49,883 bases of DNA from Nitrososphaerales archaeon (GCA_029237505.1 JARBAW010000031.1:1-49883), one strand, 5' to 3'. Shown: positions 1 to 9,395, counted from the stretch's first letter. The notes: generated from the letters alone by a model not told the origin. Numbers and translations are program-made.

Positions 1-6
1 CAGGAA

Positions 7-423
7 GTGCCAAAAATAGGAGATATAGTTATGGGATTCGTGGAAATGTTGTTCGGACCTATGATATCTGTAAAAATGTTTTCTGTTAATAATAAGCCGT
101 ATGGCTCAGGTTTATCTGCCATCGCCTCGGGTAGAACAGGGAATAATAAGGGTGGATGGAATCGAGATAGATACAATAGAAAACCTAAATCAATCTATCG
201 GATTGGCGACATTGTTCGGGGTCAGATTACTAGCTTGATGAACTCTTCTATTCATCTTACGGTAGACGGAACTAATTTTGGTTTATTGTATTCATTGTGT
301 CTGAATTGCGGTGGTGATACGGTCAAGATAAACAATGGAGTAAAATGCATAGAATGCAGCTATTATGAAGAAAAGAGAATTTCGAGCGATTATGGTACAA
401 GCCTCTTAAGACCATTTCAATAA
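7..423 (+). CDS. csl4: Exosome complex RNA-binding subunit Csl4 (5'-truncated by window edge)
   Basis: PKIGDIVMG S1-domain start, YRIGDIVRGQI, and C-terminal Zn ribbon CLNCGG...CIEC...EKRISSDYG. The N-terminal domain is probably upstream of the window. Confidence 0.9.
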   Translation: MPKIGDIVMGFVEMLFGPMISVKMFSVNNKPYGSGLSAIASGRTGNNKGGWNRDRYNRKPKSIYRIGDIVRGQITSLMNSSIHLTVDGTNFGLLYSLCLNCGGDTVKINNGVKCIECSYYEEKRISSDYGTSLLRPFQ

Positions 424-515
424 ACACATTTATGGAAAAATCTAATAAATTCTACAAGACTTTTTAATCTATTTCTTCAGATAAAATTTTTAATACCTTT
501 TCTGCATGCTAATAG

Positions 516-1586
516 ATGAGCGACGCACATTCGTTTAGAGGAAAAAAAATAGAACCTCCACTCATTTCAAAGAACATGACAATATCGCAGTTGGTTGATT
601 TCTTTGGATCAACAGGTTACAATGCAAGACGGTTATTTGAAGCAGCAAATATAATGAAGCAAATGATCGACACTGGAAGTACAACCTGCTTAACCCTAGC
701 GGGAGCAATGACGCCAATCGGAATGGGTAGTACAATTAAGACACTTATTGAAAATGGATATATTGATTGGATAGTTACAACTGGTGCCAACGTTTATCAT
801 GACTTACACTTTGCCTACGATCTGCCAGTAAGACAAGGTCATTTTCAGGTAGACGACGATGTATTATTTTCAAAGCAAATTGTACGTATTTACGACGTCT
901 ACATTAAAGAAATAGGCACTTTACAGGCACAAGATCTTATTGTTCAAAGAGAAATAAAGAAAATTGAAAACAGTTATTCTGAATCGTACTCTACTGCAGA
1001 TATGTCATATAGTCTTGGTAAAGCAACTTATGAAAATTCTCCAAACCCAGAAAAATCTTTTCTTGTTTCGGCATACAAAAACGATGTACCAGTTTTCATT
1101 CCTGCGATAAGCGATTCTTCAATAGGACTCAATATGTTACCTCTATTGTTTGAAGATGTGACTAAATTTCCAAACGTCATGATGGATATTGCTGAATCAA
1201 CAGCGATACTCTGGAAGAGTAAAGTTTCTGGAGGTATTGAATTAGGAGGAGGCGTTCCGAAAAATTTCTTCCAACAAACGGGACCCGCATTGTACCAAAT
1301 TTTGAAATTAAAGGATGGGGGACATGATTATGTAATACAAATTACTGATGCACGACCTGATACGGGCGGTTTGTCTGGTGCAACCATTCAGGAAGGAAAA
1401 AGTTGGGGCAAAATAAAAACCTCTCATAGAAACAATGTAATAGTTTACGGAGATTCATCAATTTGCTTCCCAATAATAGGGGCCTATGTCTTATCAGAAT
1501 GCAAAAAACGTCCGACAAAGAGGTTATATTCAAAGAAAAACAGTTGGGTCGAGGAGATGAAAAAGGTATATCTAAAAAATAAATAA
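516..1586 (+). CDS. Deoxyhypusine synthase family protein (possibly the homospermidine-synthase-like paralogue)
   Basis: LAGAMTP, TTGANVYHDLH, GGGVPKNF and DTGGLSGAT..EGKSWGK with the catalytic Lys present. Confidence 0.9.
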   Translation: MSDAHSFRGKKIEPPLISKNMTISQLVDFFGSTGYNARRLFEAANIMKQMIDTGSTTCLTLAGAMTPIGMGSTIKTLIENGYIDWIVTTGANVYHDLHFAYDLPVRQGHFQVDDDVLFSKQIVRIYDVYIKEIGTLQAQDLIVQREIKKIENSYSESYSTADMSYSLGKATYENSPNPEKSFLVSAYKNDVPVFIPAISDSSIGLNMLPLLFEDVTKFPNVMMDIAESTAILWKSKVSGGIELGGGVPKNFFQQTGPALYQILKLKDGGHDYVIQITDARPDTGGLSGATIQEGKSWGKIKTSHRNNVIVYGDSSICFPIIGAYVLSECKKRPTKRLYSKKNSWVEEMKKVYLKNK

Positions 1587-1892
1587 CCATTAAGTCATAA
1601 ACCCAAAAATCATTCAACATAGAAAGGATGGCATTTTTAATCAGTTTTGGTGTTCAGATAACACCTCGATCACTGAGTATTGTCAGCCTTCACCGTTATG
1701 CCTATGTTGAAAACCATTACGGCATCTTCTATATCATATTCGTGCTATATAACTATATTCCAAACTAACTATATTGACTATGTTGGCAATATTCCTAAAC
1801 TACTCATATCTCACTTCATATTTCATAACCTTCCATATGAATAATCAATAAAATATTAAAGACGAGTTACAAATTAATGATGAAAGGAAAGA

Positions 1893-3695
1893 ATGTTAAA
1901 TTATTCAAATATTAAATTAGGAAAATGGGATCTTCATGATTTGATCGATGACAAGTCAACAAGTAGCTTTGCGAATTTGGTTAATGACATAAAAAAAGAT
2001 GTTAGCGAATTTGAAGCGAATAGAGAGGTTCTAAAACCAGATCTAGATGGTCCAACTTTTGAATTACTGATTCATAAGCTTGAGAATATATTGGATGTTA
2101 CTAGCACAGTGAATAGTTTTGCCCAACTAAAATACGCTGCTGATACGTCATCAAACGAAGCTGCCGCCCTTGTTCTTGAAACAGAAAAAATGAGTTCTCA
2201 AATTAGTAACCAAGTATTATTTTTTGATTTATGGTTCAAGAAGACACTAGACAGTAGTAACGCTGAAAGATTAATCGATAGCGTACCGTCAGTATATAGA
2301 GAATATCTAAAACATAAAAGATTAGTGGCAAAATATTCACTTAATGAGTCGGAAGAAAAAATTATCAACACTTTGGAGGTAACCGGTACCGGAGCCTTGG
2401 TAAAAATATATGATAGAATGACAAACAACTTTGAATTTACAGTTGTCAAAAAGCATGGAAAAAGTAAGAGAATCAAAATATTCAAGAATAAAGAAAAACT
2501 TCTTTCGCTAGTAAGGAGCTCAAAAGCATATGAGAGGGAAACTGCATACAAGGCACTTTTCAAAACCTATGAGAAAAATAGCGGGGTCCTGGGAGAAATT
2601 TACCAAAACCTAGTTACCCAATGGAGAGATGAAAATATTTCTATTAGAGGATTTAAATCTCCTATTTCAGTTAGGAATATTTACAATAATATAGATGATA
2701 CTACCATAGATACTCTTTTAACAGTATGCAAAGAAAATGCCCACTTGTTCCACGATTACTTTTTTGAAAAGGCAAAATTGATTGGGATGAAGAAATTAAG
2801 GCGTTATGACCTGTATGCGCCTATCTCAAGTAAGAATATTCCTAGAATTACATTTAGGAACGCTACTAGATTGGTGTTGGACACTTTTCATAAATTTGAA
2901 CCAAGATTTGGACAATTCACTGAACGCCTGTTTAAACAAAATCATATTGATTCTGAAATAAGGAATGGAAAAACCGGAGGTGCATTTTGTTATACTGTTG
3001 CTCCAACAAGGACTCCCTATGTACTTTTAAATTTTGACGGAATGATGAGAGATGTTTCAACTATGGCTCATGAATTTGGACATGCCATACATAGTATGTT
3101 TGCATCGGATAAACCAATTTTGGTAGCCCACGCTCCTCTTCCATTGGCAGAAACTGCATCAGTTTTTGGAGAAATGCTTCTCAATGAAGAAATTTACAAG
3201 AAACTTAATAGGCAAAAGAAGAAGATTTTCCTGGCAGAACAAATTGATGACATTTATGCGACAGTAATGAGACAGGCATTCTTTACTCTTTTTGAAATAG
3301 AGGCACATAATCAAATTGTGGAAAATGGTGTTACTATAGATAATATCTCAGATTTGTACATGAAGAACTTGAGGACCCAATTTGGAGATTCAGTACGTAT
3401 CTCAGAAGATTTCAAGTGGGAATGGCTTTATATCCCACATTTTTACCATACACCTTTCTACTGTTATGCATATTCCTTTGGAAATTTACTCGTACTGTCG
3501 TTGTACCAGCAGTTTAGAGAAGAAGGCAATTCATTTATTTCAAAATATATCAAGATATTATCTGCGGGAGGATCCGAGAAGCCAGAAACATTACTCAAGG
3601 ATTCTGGATTTGATATAACTAAAGCTTCATTTTGGCAACAGGGTTTTGATCTCATAAAAATGAAGGTTGATAAGTTAAGGGAAGATGAAAATTGA
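1893..3695 (+). CDS. pepF: M3 family oligoendopeptidase F
   Basis: WDL N-terminus, GKTGGAFC, HEFGH zinc motif, AETASVFGE, IPHFYHTPFYCYAY. Confidence 0.93.
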   Translation: MLNYSNIKLGKWDLHDLIDDKSTSSFANLVNDIKKDVSEFEANREVLKPDLDGPTFELLIHKLENILDVTSTVNSFAQLKYAADTSSNEAAALVLETEKMSSQISNQVLFFDLWFKKTLDSSNAERLIDSVPSVYREYLKHKRLVAKYSLNESEEKIINTLEVTGTGALVKIYDRMTNNFEFTVVKKHGKSKRIKIFKNKEKLLSLVRSSKAYERETAYKALFKTYEKNSGVLGEIYQNLVTQWRDENISIRGFKSPISVRNIYNNIDDTTIDTLLTVCKENAHLFHDYFFEKAKLIGMKKLRRYDLYAPISSKNIPRITFRNATRLVLDTFHKFEPRFGQFTERLFKQNHIDSEIRNGKTGGAFCYTVAPTRTPYVLLNFDGMMRDVSTMAHEFGHAIHSMFASDKPILVAHAPLPLAETASVFGEMLLNEEIYKKLNRQKKKIFLAEQIDDIYATVMRQAFFTLFEIEAHNQIVENGVTIDNISDLYMKNLRTQFGDSVRISEDFKWEWLYIPHFYHTPFYCYAYSFGNLLVLSLYQQFREEGNSFISKYIKILSAGGSEKPETLLKDSGFDITKASFWQQGFDLIKMKVDKLREDEN

Positions 3696-3728
3696 AACCT
3701 TGATTTATTTTAATCCTAGATTTTACAA

Positions 3729-3797
3729 TTGACAAGAAAACTCGGCCCAGGTAGAAAGCGTCAACCAATTGCTATTTCACGTAAAATGTCTTTCTGA
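3729..3797 (+). CDS. Candidate 22-aa basic microprotein (MTRKLGPGRKRQPIAISRKMSF)
   Basis: Manually translated with a TTG start. AT-rich TATA-like TTTTAA lies upstream, and the peptide has no acidic residues. Not in the ORF track. Confidence 0.35.
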   Translation: MTRKLGPGRKRQPIAISRKMSF

Positions 3798-3839
3798 GGG
3801 ACGGACACTTTATAGATTAGTTTTTCGATTATGAAATTA

Positions 3840-3977
3840 ATGAAGAGATTTTGCGGCGTGTGTGGAAAGGAATTAGCTACAAATACTGAATACTTTGTCT
3901 GTGAAAAATGCCATAAGGCGATAATTACTTCTGAAGAGAAGTTTGATTACATGGAAAATTCTAGACTTTATTACTAA
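3840..3977 (+). CDS. 45-aa zinc-finger microprotein (CGVC...CEKC)
   Basis: Manual translation MKRFCGVCGKELATNTEYFVCEKCHKAIITSEEKFDYMENSRLYY. TTTATAGA box at about 3809-3816, roughly 25 nt upstream. An alternative ATG is at 3831. Confidence 0.7.
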   Translation: MKRFCGVCGKELATNTEYFVCEKCHKAIITSEEKFDYMENSRLYY

Positions 3978-4216
3978 TTTGTGACTATTTCTATTGCGTT
4001 GGTCGGAACAATTTGCTGAATCTAGATTTCTCTATTTAGCAGTTCTTAATTATGACCTCAATAACTTTACCAAGTTTTGCTACGACATGCTCCGTTTTCC
4101 TAATCATAAAGCTGAGATTGATTTTAAAGTACTATCAGTACGAGAAAATTGTCTGAACCGTATGAGTACTAGACTTATATTCAGTATCATAGTAAGCCTA
4201 TCGTTGAGTTAAGGTT

Positions 4217-4564
4217 ATGCTAGTCAAGATTCATAATGAATTCATAGATAAATTAGATTTTGTAAAGAGGGATGGACTTATACCGGTTGTAGTCCAGGAT
4301 ATTAAAACTAAGGATATTTTGATGTTGGCATATGCAAACAGAGTGGCTATCGAAAATACAGTGAAAACAGGCAATGCATGGTTTTGGAGTGTCTCTCGTA
4401 ACAAACTCTGGATGAAAGGAGAAGAGTCTGGAAATGTTCAAGAAGTTAAAGATATACTGGTTGATTGTGATCGCGACGCTGTGATTTATTTAGTCGACTC
4501 TAAAAATCCTGCATGCCATACAGGAAACAGGACATGCTTTCACAATAGACTATATCCTAATTAA
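4217..4564 (+). CDS. hisI: Phosphoribosyl-AMP cyclohydrolase
   Basis: GLIPVVVQD, LWMKGEESGN, DCDRD and ACHTGNRTCF motifs. Confidence 0.96.
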   Translation: MLVKIHNEFIDKLDFVKRDGLIPVVVQDIKTKDILMLAYANRVAIENTVKTGNAWFWSVSRNKLWMKGEESGNVQEVKDILVDCDRDAVIYLVDSKNPACHTGNRTCFHNRLYPN

Positions 4565-4742
4565 ATTTGGCAATTTATTTTTCATAAACCTGTAATAATT
4601 ATATTGTATTCTCAATAATTGAGATTTTTGGTCAGAATCATGTTTATTAGTTATAAAATTTTGAGGTCGAAAAATTAAGTAATACTAAAATTACTATTAG
4701 TGATATTTATTACTAAATCACTCGTTGATAGTTGAGTAATAC

Positions 4743-5969
4743 ATGGGTTCTATTAGATTTCTAAAATGTAGAGAATGTGGTGCTGAATATTCTCCCGTAT
4801 TCAAGTACATTTGCGAAGAGTGTTTTGGTCCTCTCGATGTTATTTATGATATTCCTTCGAATTTAACCAAAGACACATTCACGTCCAGACAAGATAAGAC
4901 GTATTGGCGTTACTTTGAGCTTTTGCCAATTGCTGATAAGAACCATATCGTAAATATACATGCTGGCTTCACGCCCCTGCAACATGCTGAGGAGCTTGGG
5001 GCTCATATGGGAAATCTTAAGAATCTGTTCATAAAGAACGATTCTGTAAATCCAACCTTTTCATTTAAAGATAGACCTGCCGGTGTGGCAATTTCAAAAT
5101 CCAGAGAAATAAATCTCAAAGCGGTGGGATGCGCATCAACTGGAAATTTAGCCTCGGCCACAGCTGCACATGCTGCCAAAGCGCATTTACCATGTTTTAT
5201 TTTTGCACCGTCTGATATCGAAAAAGCAAAGATAGCTCAGGCGTTATCTTACGGAGCTAAATTTGTTGCCGTTGAAGGAACATATGACGATGCCAATAGA
5301 GTTGCGTCAATAATAGGAGATTCAAAGGGCATAGGAATTGTTAATATTAATATGAGGCCCTACTATGTGGAAGGTTCTAAGACTTTGGCATTTGAAGTAG
5401 CCGAACAACTTGGCTGGCAAGTTCCAGATCATTTAATTATTCCAGTTGGTAGTGGTGCTATGCTAAATGCAATTTGTAAAGGATTTGAGGAGTTACATGA
5501 TTTAGGACTTATTGACGACGTTTCAAATCTAAAAGTTACGGCTGCACAACCACATGGCTGTGCCCCAATAGTTGATGCTTTTAAGAATAAAACTGGAGAA
5601 ATTGTTCCTGTAGAAAGACCAGATACCATAGCAAAGAGTTTAGCAATTGGGGATCCTGGTGACGGAGTTTATGTATTGAAAAGATTGAAACAATATGGTG
5701 GCATAGCTGAAGAAGCTAACGATAACGAAATTGTGGAAGGAATCTTGACATTAGCCAAAACAGAAGGTATTTTTACTGAACCTGCCGGTGGTGTCTCTAT
5801 TGCTGTATTGAAGAAACTGGTTGATGATGGATTTATTGAGCGAGATGAAAAAGTTGTGTGTTATGTTACTGGAAACGGATTAAAATCTACTGAGGCCATT
5901 ATGGGCGCATTGCCCAAGCTTGATATAGTGAAGCCGGACGTACAGACTGTATCGGCAATGATATCTTAG
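4743..5969 (+). CDS. thrC: Threonine synthase-like PLP enzyme with N-terminal Zn ribbon
   Basis: NPTFSFKDR (PLP Lys), ASTGN, EGSKT, PVGSG, EPAGG, TGNGLK and N-terminal CREC...CEEC. The family is certain, but the exact reaction is not (see findings). Confidence 0.8.
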   Translation: MGSIRFLKCRECGAEYSPVFKYICEECFGPLDVIYDIPSNLTKDTFTSRQDKTYWRYFELLPIADKNHIVNIHAGFTPLQHAEELGAHMGNLKNLFIKNDSVNPTFSFKDRPAGVAISKSREINLKAVGCASTGNLASATAAHAAKAHLPCFIFAPSDIEKAKIAQALSYGAKFVAVEGTYDDANRVASIIGDSKGIGIVNINMRPYYVEGSKTLAFEVAEQLGWQVPDHLIIPVGSGAMLNAICKGFEELHDLGLIDDVSNLKVTAAQPHGCAPIVDAFKNKTGEIVPVERPDTIAKSLAIGDPGDGVYVLKRLKQYGGIAEEANDNEIVEGILTLAKTEGIFTEPAGGVSIAVLKKLVDDGFIERDEKVVCYVTGNGLKSTEAIMGALPKLDIVKPDVQTVSAMIS

Positions 5970-5986
5970 GAGATAATGAGTACAAA

Positions 5987-7333
5987 ATGACAAACATCGA
6001 ATTTATAATTCCATCTGTTCTTACAAAGGGTACAGGAGAAAAGAAGATTCCTTTGGACGCAACTGATCTGCAAGATGCGTTTACCAAGATAACAGAACAA
6101 TTGGGAGAAGATTTTAAACGCAAGGTTTTGGATTTGAATGGAAAACCACGATCTTTAATTAACATTTACATTAACGGAAAGAACATGCGTTTTAGTAATG
6201 ATGGAATGGCGACGAAACTCAACAGCGGTGATTCAATTTATATTCTTCCCGCAGTAGCAGGTGGTTCTGAATTAAAGAACGAGGATTTACAGCGATACTC
6301 AAGACAGATAATGCTAGAAGAAATAGGATTTGTAGGGTTAGAAAAACTTAGAAAGGCAAAAGTATGCGTTGTTGGAGTTGGAGGTATCGGTAATCCTGTG
6401 GTTACGCAACTGACAGCAATGGGTGTTGGAAAATTGAAGATAGTAGATAGAGATATCATTGAGATTTCCAACCTGCATAGACAGCATCTTTATACAGAAA
6501 GTGACCTAGGAAAAGTAAAGGTAGAAGCAGCAAAAGAAAGACTTGAAAAAATCAATTCAAGTGTAGAGATAGAAGCCCTTCCTAATTCTGTAACCAAGTA
6601 TACTGCCGAAAGCATAATTAGGGGATATGATATTGTTGTGGATGCATTAGATAGCATCGATGCGAGATATGCGCTAAATGATGCATGCATCAAACTGAAT
6701 ATACCTCTCATCTATGCTGGGGCTTTGGGCATGCTGGGCTCAGTCTGTACTATTATTCCAAATAAAACAGCATGTCTTAGATGCATTTTTCCTGCATTAG
6801 CCGAGGATGATATGCCGACATGCAGTACTGAAGGAGTTCATCCATCAATTCTGTATCTGGTCGGTGGGGTTCAAGTTTCAGAGGCCGTCAAGATTATTCT
6901 GGGTGAAAAACCAACATTAGAAAATAAACTCATGTATGTGGATCTAAATGATTTATCTTTAGAGAAGATTTCAGTATTTAGACAAGAAGAGTGTCCCTCT
7001 TGCGGAACAAAAAGAATTGAGAGTAATCAACTGGAAACAAAGCAATTGATAATTGAAGAGCTATGCGGTCGTGACCGTGGAAAAAGAACGTACACTGTTA
7101 CACCTTCACATATATCGTCATCATTAAATCTTATCGGGATTGAGAAGAATGCGGAACGACTGGGATATACGATCAAGACTAAAGGAGAACTAGGACTAAC
7201 TATCATGAGTAGCAATTCTGACAGTCTTTCAATAAGCTTCATGTCCAGTGGTGCGGCTACCATTGTTGGAGCAAAGAGCGAGGACGAAGCTCTGTCAATT
7301 TACACGAGATTTGTGGATGACATTAAATCTTGA
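5987..7333 (+). CDS. MoaD/ThiS ubiquitin-like domain fused to MoeB/ThiF E1-like adenylyltransferase
   Basis: N-terminal beta-grasp domain ending ILPAVAGG, followed by RYSRQI, GVGGIG, SNLHRQ, CLRC, PTCSTEGV, CPSC and a C-terminal LCGR domain. Confidence 0.92.
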   Translation: MTNIEFIIPSVLTKGTGEKKIPLDATDLQDAFTKITEQLGEDFKRKVLDLNGKPRSLINIYINGKNMRFSNDGMATKLNSGDSIYILPAVAGGSELKNEDLQRYSRQIMLEEIGFVGLEKLRKAKVCVVGVGGIGNPVVTQLTAMGVGKLKIVDRDIIEISNLHRQHLYTESDLGKVKVEAAKERLEKINSSVEIEALPNSVTKYTAESIIRGYDIVVDALDSIDARYALNDACIKLNIPLIYAGALGMLGSVCTIIPNKTACLRCIFPALAEDDMPTCSTEGVHPSILYLVGGVQVSEAVKIILGEKPTLENKLMYVDLNDLSLEKISVFRQEECPSCGTKRIESNQLETKQLIIEELCGRDRGKRTYTVTPSHISSSLNLIGIEKNAERLGYTIKTKGELGLTIMSSNSDSLSISFMSSGAATIVGAKSEDEALSIYTRFVDDIKS

Positions 7334-7372
7334 ATTTTTAAGTTTTTAGAATAACGGGCACTAAAAAAAGAA

Positions 7373-7780
7373 TCAATCACTTGTATCATCAAAATGAAAT
7401 TTGTTCCTGTTTTTGGCTATAAATGGAATTATCATCTTATTGATAAGGTCATCATAGTTTTTCTCCTTGTCGATTGTGAGTAAGAGAAAGTAGTCATTAC
7501 TTATTGGAACTGTAATTCTGGTTACATTTTCATATCTTCCAACGGCGTAGTCTAGTTTGCCAATTTTTGATTGAAACTTAACCCTTGTCCTGTATCTTGA
7601 TACAGCAGCTGCCGCATATTCCTCGCTTTCCTCCTCTGACATTAATGGATTTAACCCTTCGCGCTGTTCTACATTAATTAAGACGCCGTATTTGTTTGAA
7701 ATACCTATCCAACGAAGAGAACTGTCTAGGTTTAGTAATTCCTCGCTAAAATTATAAATGAACTCATAATCAATTCCCAA
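7373..7780 (-). CDS. Hypothetical protein, thaumarchaeal roadblock/profilin-like family
   Basis: LRWIGISNKYG...REGLNPLMS...IGKLDYAVGRYE pattern, recalled as typical of expanded Nitrososphaeria families. Confidence 0.6.
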   Translation of the reverse strand: MGIDYEFIYNFSEELLNLDSSLRWIGISNKYGVLINVEQREGLNPLMSEEESEEYAAAAVSRYRTRVKFQSKIGKLDYAVGRYENVTRITVPISNDYFLLLTIDKEKNYDDLINKMIIPFIAKNRNKFHFDDTSD

Positions 7781-7848
7781 TTTTTATTAAATATCATATC
7801 TATTTCTCATATTTAAGCAAAAATCAAAACAAGAAATGAATTGACTGA

Positions 7849-9393
7849 CTAAATCTTCTCTAATACATCATCTGTATATTCGATAATCTTTAGATTCTTA
7901 TATTCCGTGTTGGTTTCGTGAACTATTCTCTGCATGAATTCATCTGCAATTATTATGATTTCATCTAAATAATCATGCGATAGTAATTTTTCAAAGGAAC
8001 TCACAAAAGTGGGGTAGTCTTTGGCATTAGGTAAGTTAAATTTTTTCTTGGAAATAAGATTATGTGCGGCAGGATAAATATCTGAAATCTCTGCTGGAAT
8101 GATACCAATAAACGGATTATAGGCACAAATCTGATAATCTGAAAATTTCTTGTACAATTTATGATACTCGCGAGAGGAATAAAATGGAGAAACCTGTGTA
8201 TCAGGATATAGAACCATTTTTTTCTTATTTGTCCTAAATGAGTCAAAAATGTTTCTTATTCTTGAAGCCTCTGGTCGATATTGATCGAATGTTTCCATAA
8301 AAAAGATTGCTTTTTTCTTGAATATTGGAGTTCCATCTTCTAAATATTTGAAATTGAGAAATAATTTATAGGCCTCCATTAATTTAGGATGGGCACGTGC
8401 CTTTTGTCCTACATACTCCCACAGTCTTCCTTCCATGATGGCTTGTTTTACGGACAATACTTCTCCTCGTAAAATGTAGAGATTATGTTTAGCTAATTTG
8501 TCAGTTCTTTCTTTATATTCGAGATCAACAAATTCGCTAACTGTCATATTGATGCATATTGGGCATTGACATGAAAGATATGTCAGTTTATCAAGTCTAG
8601 AAGTCCCATTTGCGTGCATATACCTATTATCTCTTGCATACAGCATGTAGGATGCAGAGTCAAAAGTATCACATCCTAACGCTACTGCCAATGGTATCGT
8701 TAAAGGATGACCTGCTCCGAAAAGATGAACAGGCTTCGACATAACCTTTGATTTAAGCGCTGCTATCATGTCTGCCAATATGGCAAATTCATATGCTTCT
8801 AGCAATTGCACCGGACTACCAAGAGCCATCATCTCATAACCCATTTCATCAAGTTGTTCAGCGGATCTTTTCACCAGGTCGAGATGTTCTGCCCCCTGCA
8901 CTGGGCCAACCCACACAGAGTTTCTTTCATTGTTACTCTTGATTAGATTCAAAGTTTCCTGGGAATTTTTTATAGTCTCAGTAACATACCTTTCAGCTAC
9001 ATCATATCTCAAACCATATCCTGTTGGCTTATCGAGGGGGACACAAATATCACTTTTAATATCATTTTCAAATTGAGCAATATACGAGGGTTCCGGTTCT
9101 ATAGAACCATATTCGAGTACTTGGTATCCACCCGAATCTGTCATTATCGGGCCATCAAAATTTATTATTTTATGAATACCCTTTTCTCGAGCTACGTCTC
9201 CATATTGCCTTAAAGTAATGTACGCGTTTGTAATAACAGCCTCAAAACCCAGTTTCTTTAAAAAATCTATTTCTACAGATTGGGAAACAGGATGGATGAC
9301 AGGTATAAATGCGGGGGTCTCAAAAGTTCCACTAGGGGTCTTGATCTTTCCTATCCTTCCTGCTAGGTCAGAATACCTGACCTCAAATAGCAA
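7849..9393 (-). CDS. tgtA: Archaeosine tRNA-guanine(15) transglycosylase
   Basis: ETPAFIPV, ITNAYI, MTDSGGYQ, HLFGAGHP, DTFDSASY and CQCPIC Zn site. No obvious C-terminal PUA domain. Confidence 0.95.
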   Translation of the reverse strand: MLFEVRYSDLAGRIGKIKTPSGTFETPAFIPVIHPVSQSVEIDFLKKLGFEAVITNAYITLRQYGDVAREKGIHKIINFDGPIMTDSGGYQVLEYGSIEPEPSYIAQFENDIKSDICVPLDKPTGYGLRYDVAERYVTETIKNSQETLNLIKSNNERNSVWVGPVQGAEHLDLVKRSAEQLDEMGYEMMALGSPVQLLEAYEFAILADMIAALKSKVMSKPVHLFGAGHPLTIPLAVALGCDTFDSASYMLYARDNRYMHANGTSRLDKLTYLSCQCPICINMTVSEFVDLEYKERTDKLAKHNLYILRGEVLSVKQAIMEGRLWEYVGQKARAHPKLMEAYKLFLNFKYLEDGTPIFKKKAIFFMETFDQYRPEASRIRNIFDSFRTNKKKMVLYPDTQVSPFYSSREYHKLYKKFSDYQICAYNPFIGIIPAEISDIYPAAHNLISKKKFNLPNAKDYPTFVSSFEKLLSHDYLDEIIIIADEFMQRIVHETNTEYKNLKIIEYTDDVLEKI

Positions 9394-9395
9394 GT

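Noticed and set aside
3994-4212. 72-aa ORF upstream of hisI
   Set aside because: TTG start, no recognisable motifs, and it overlaps the likely hisI promoter. Probably spurious.
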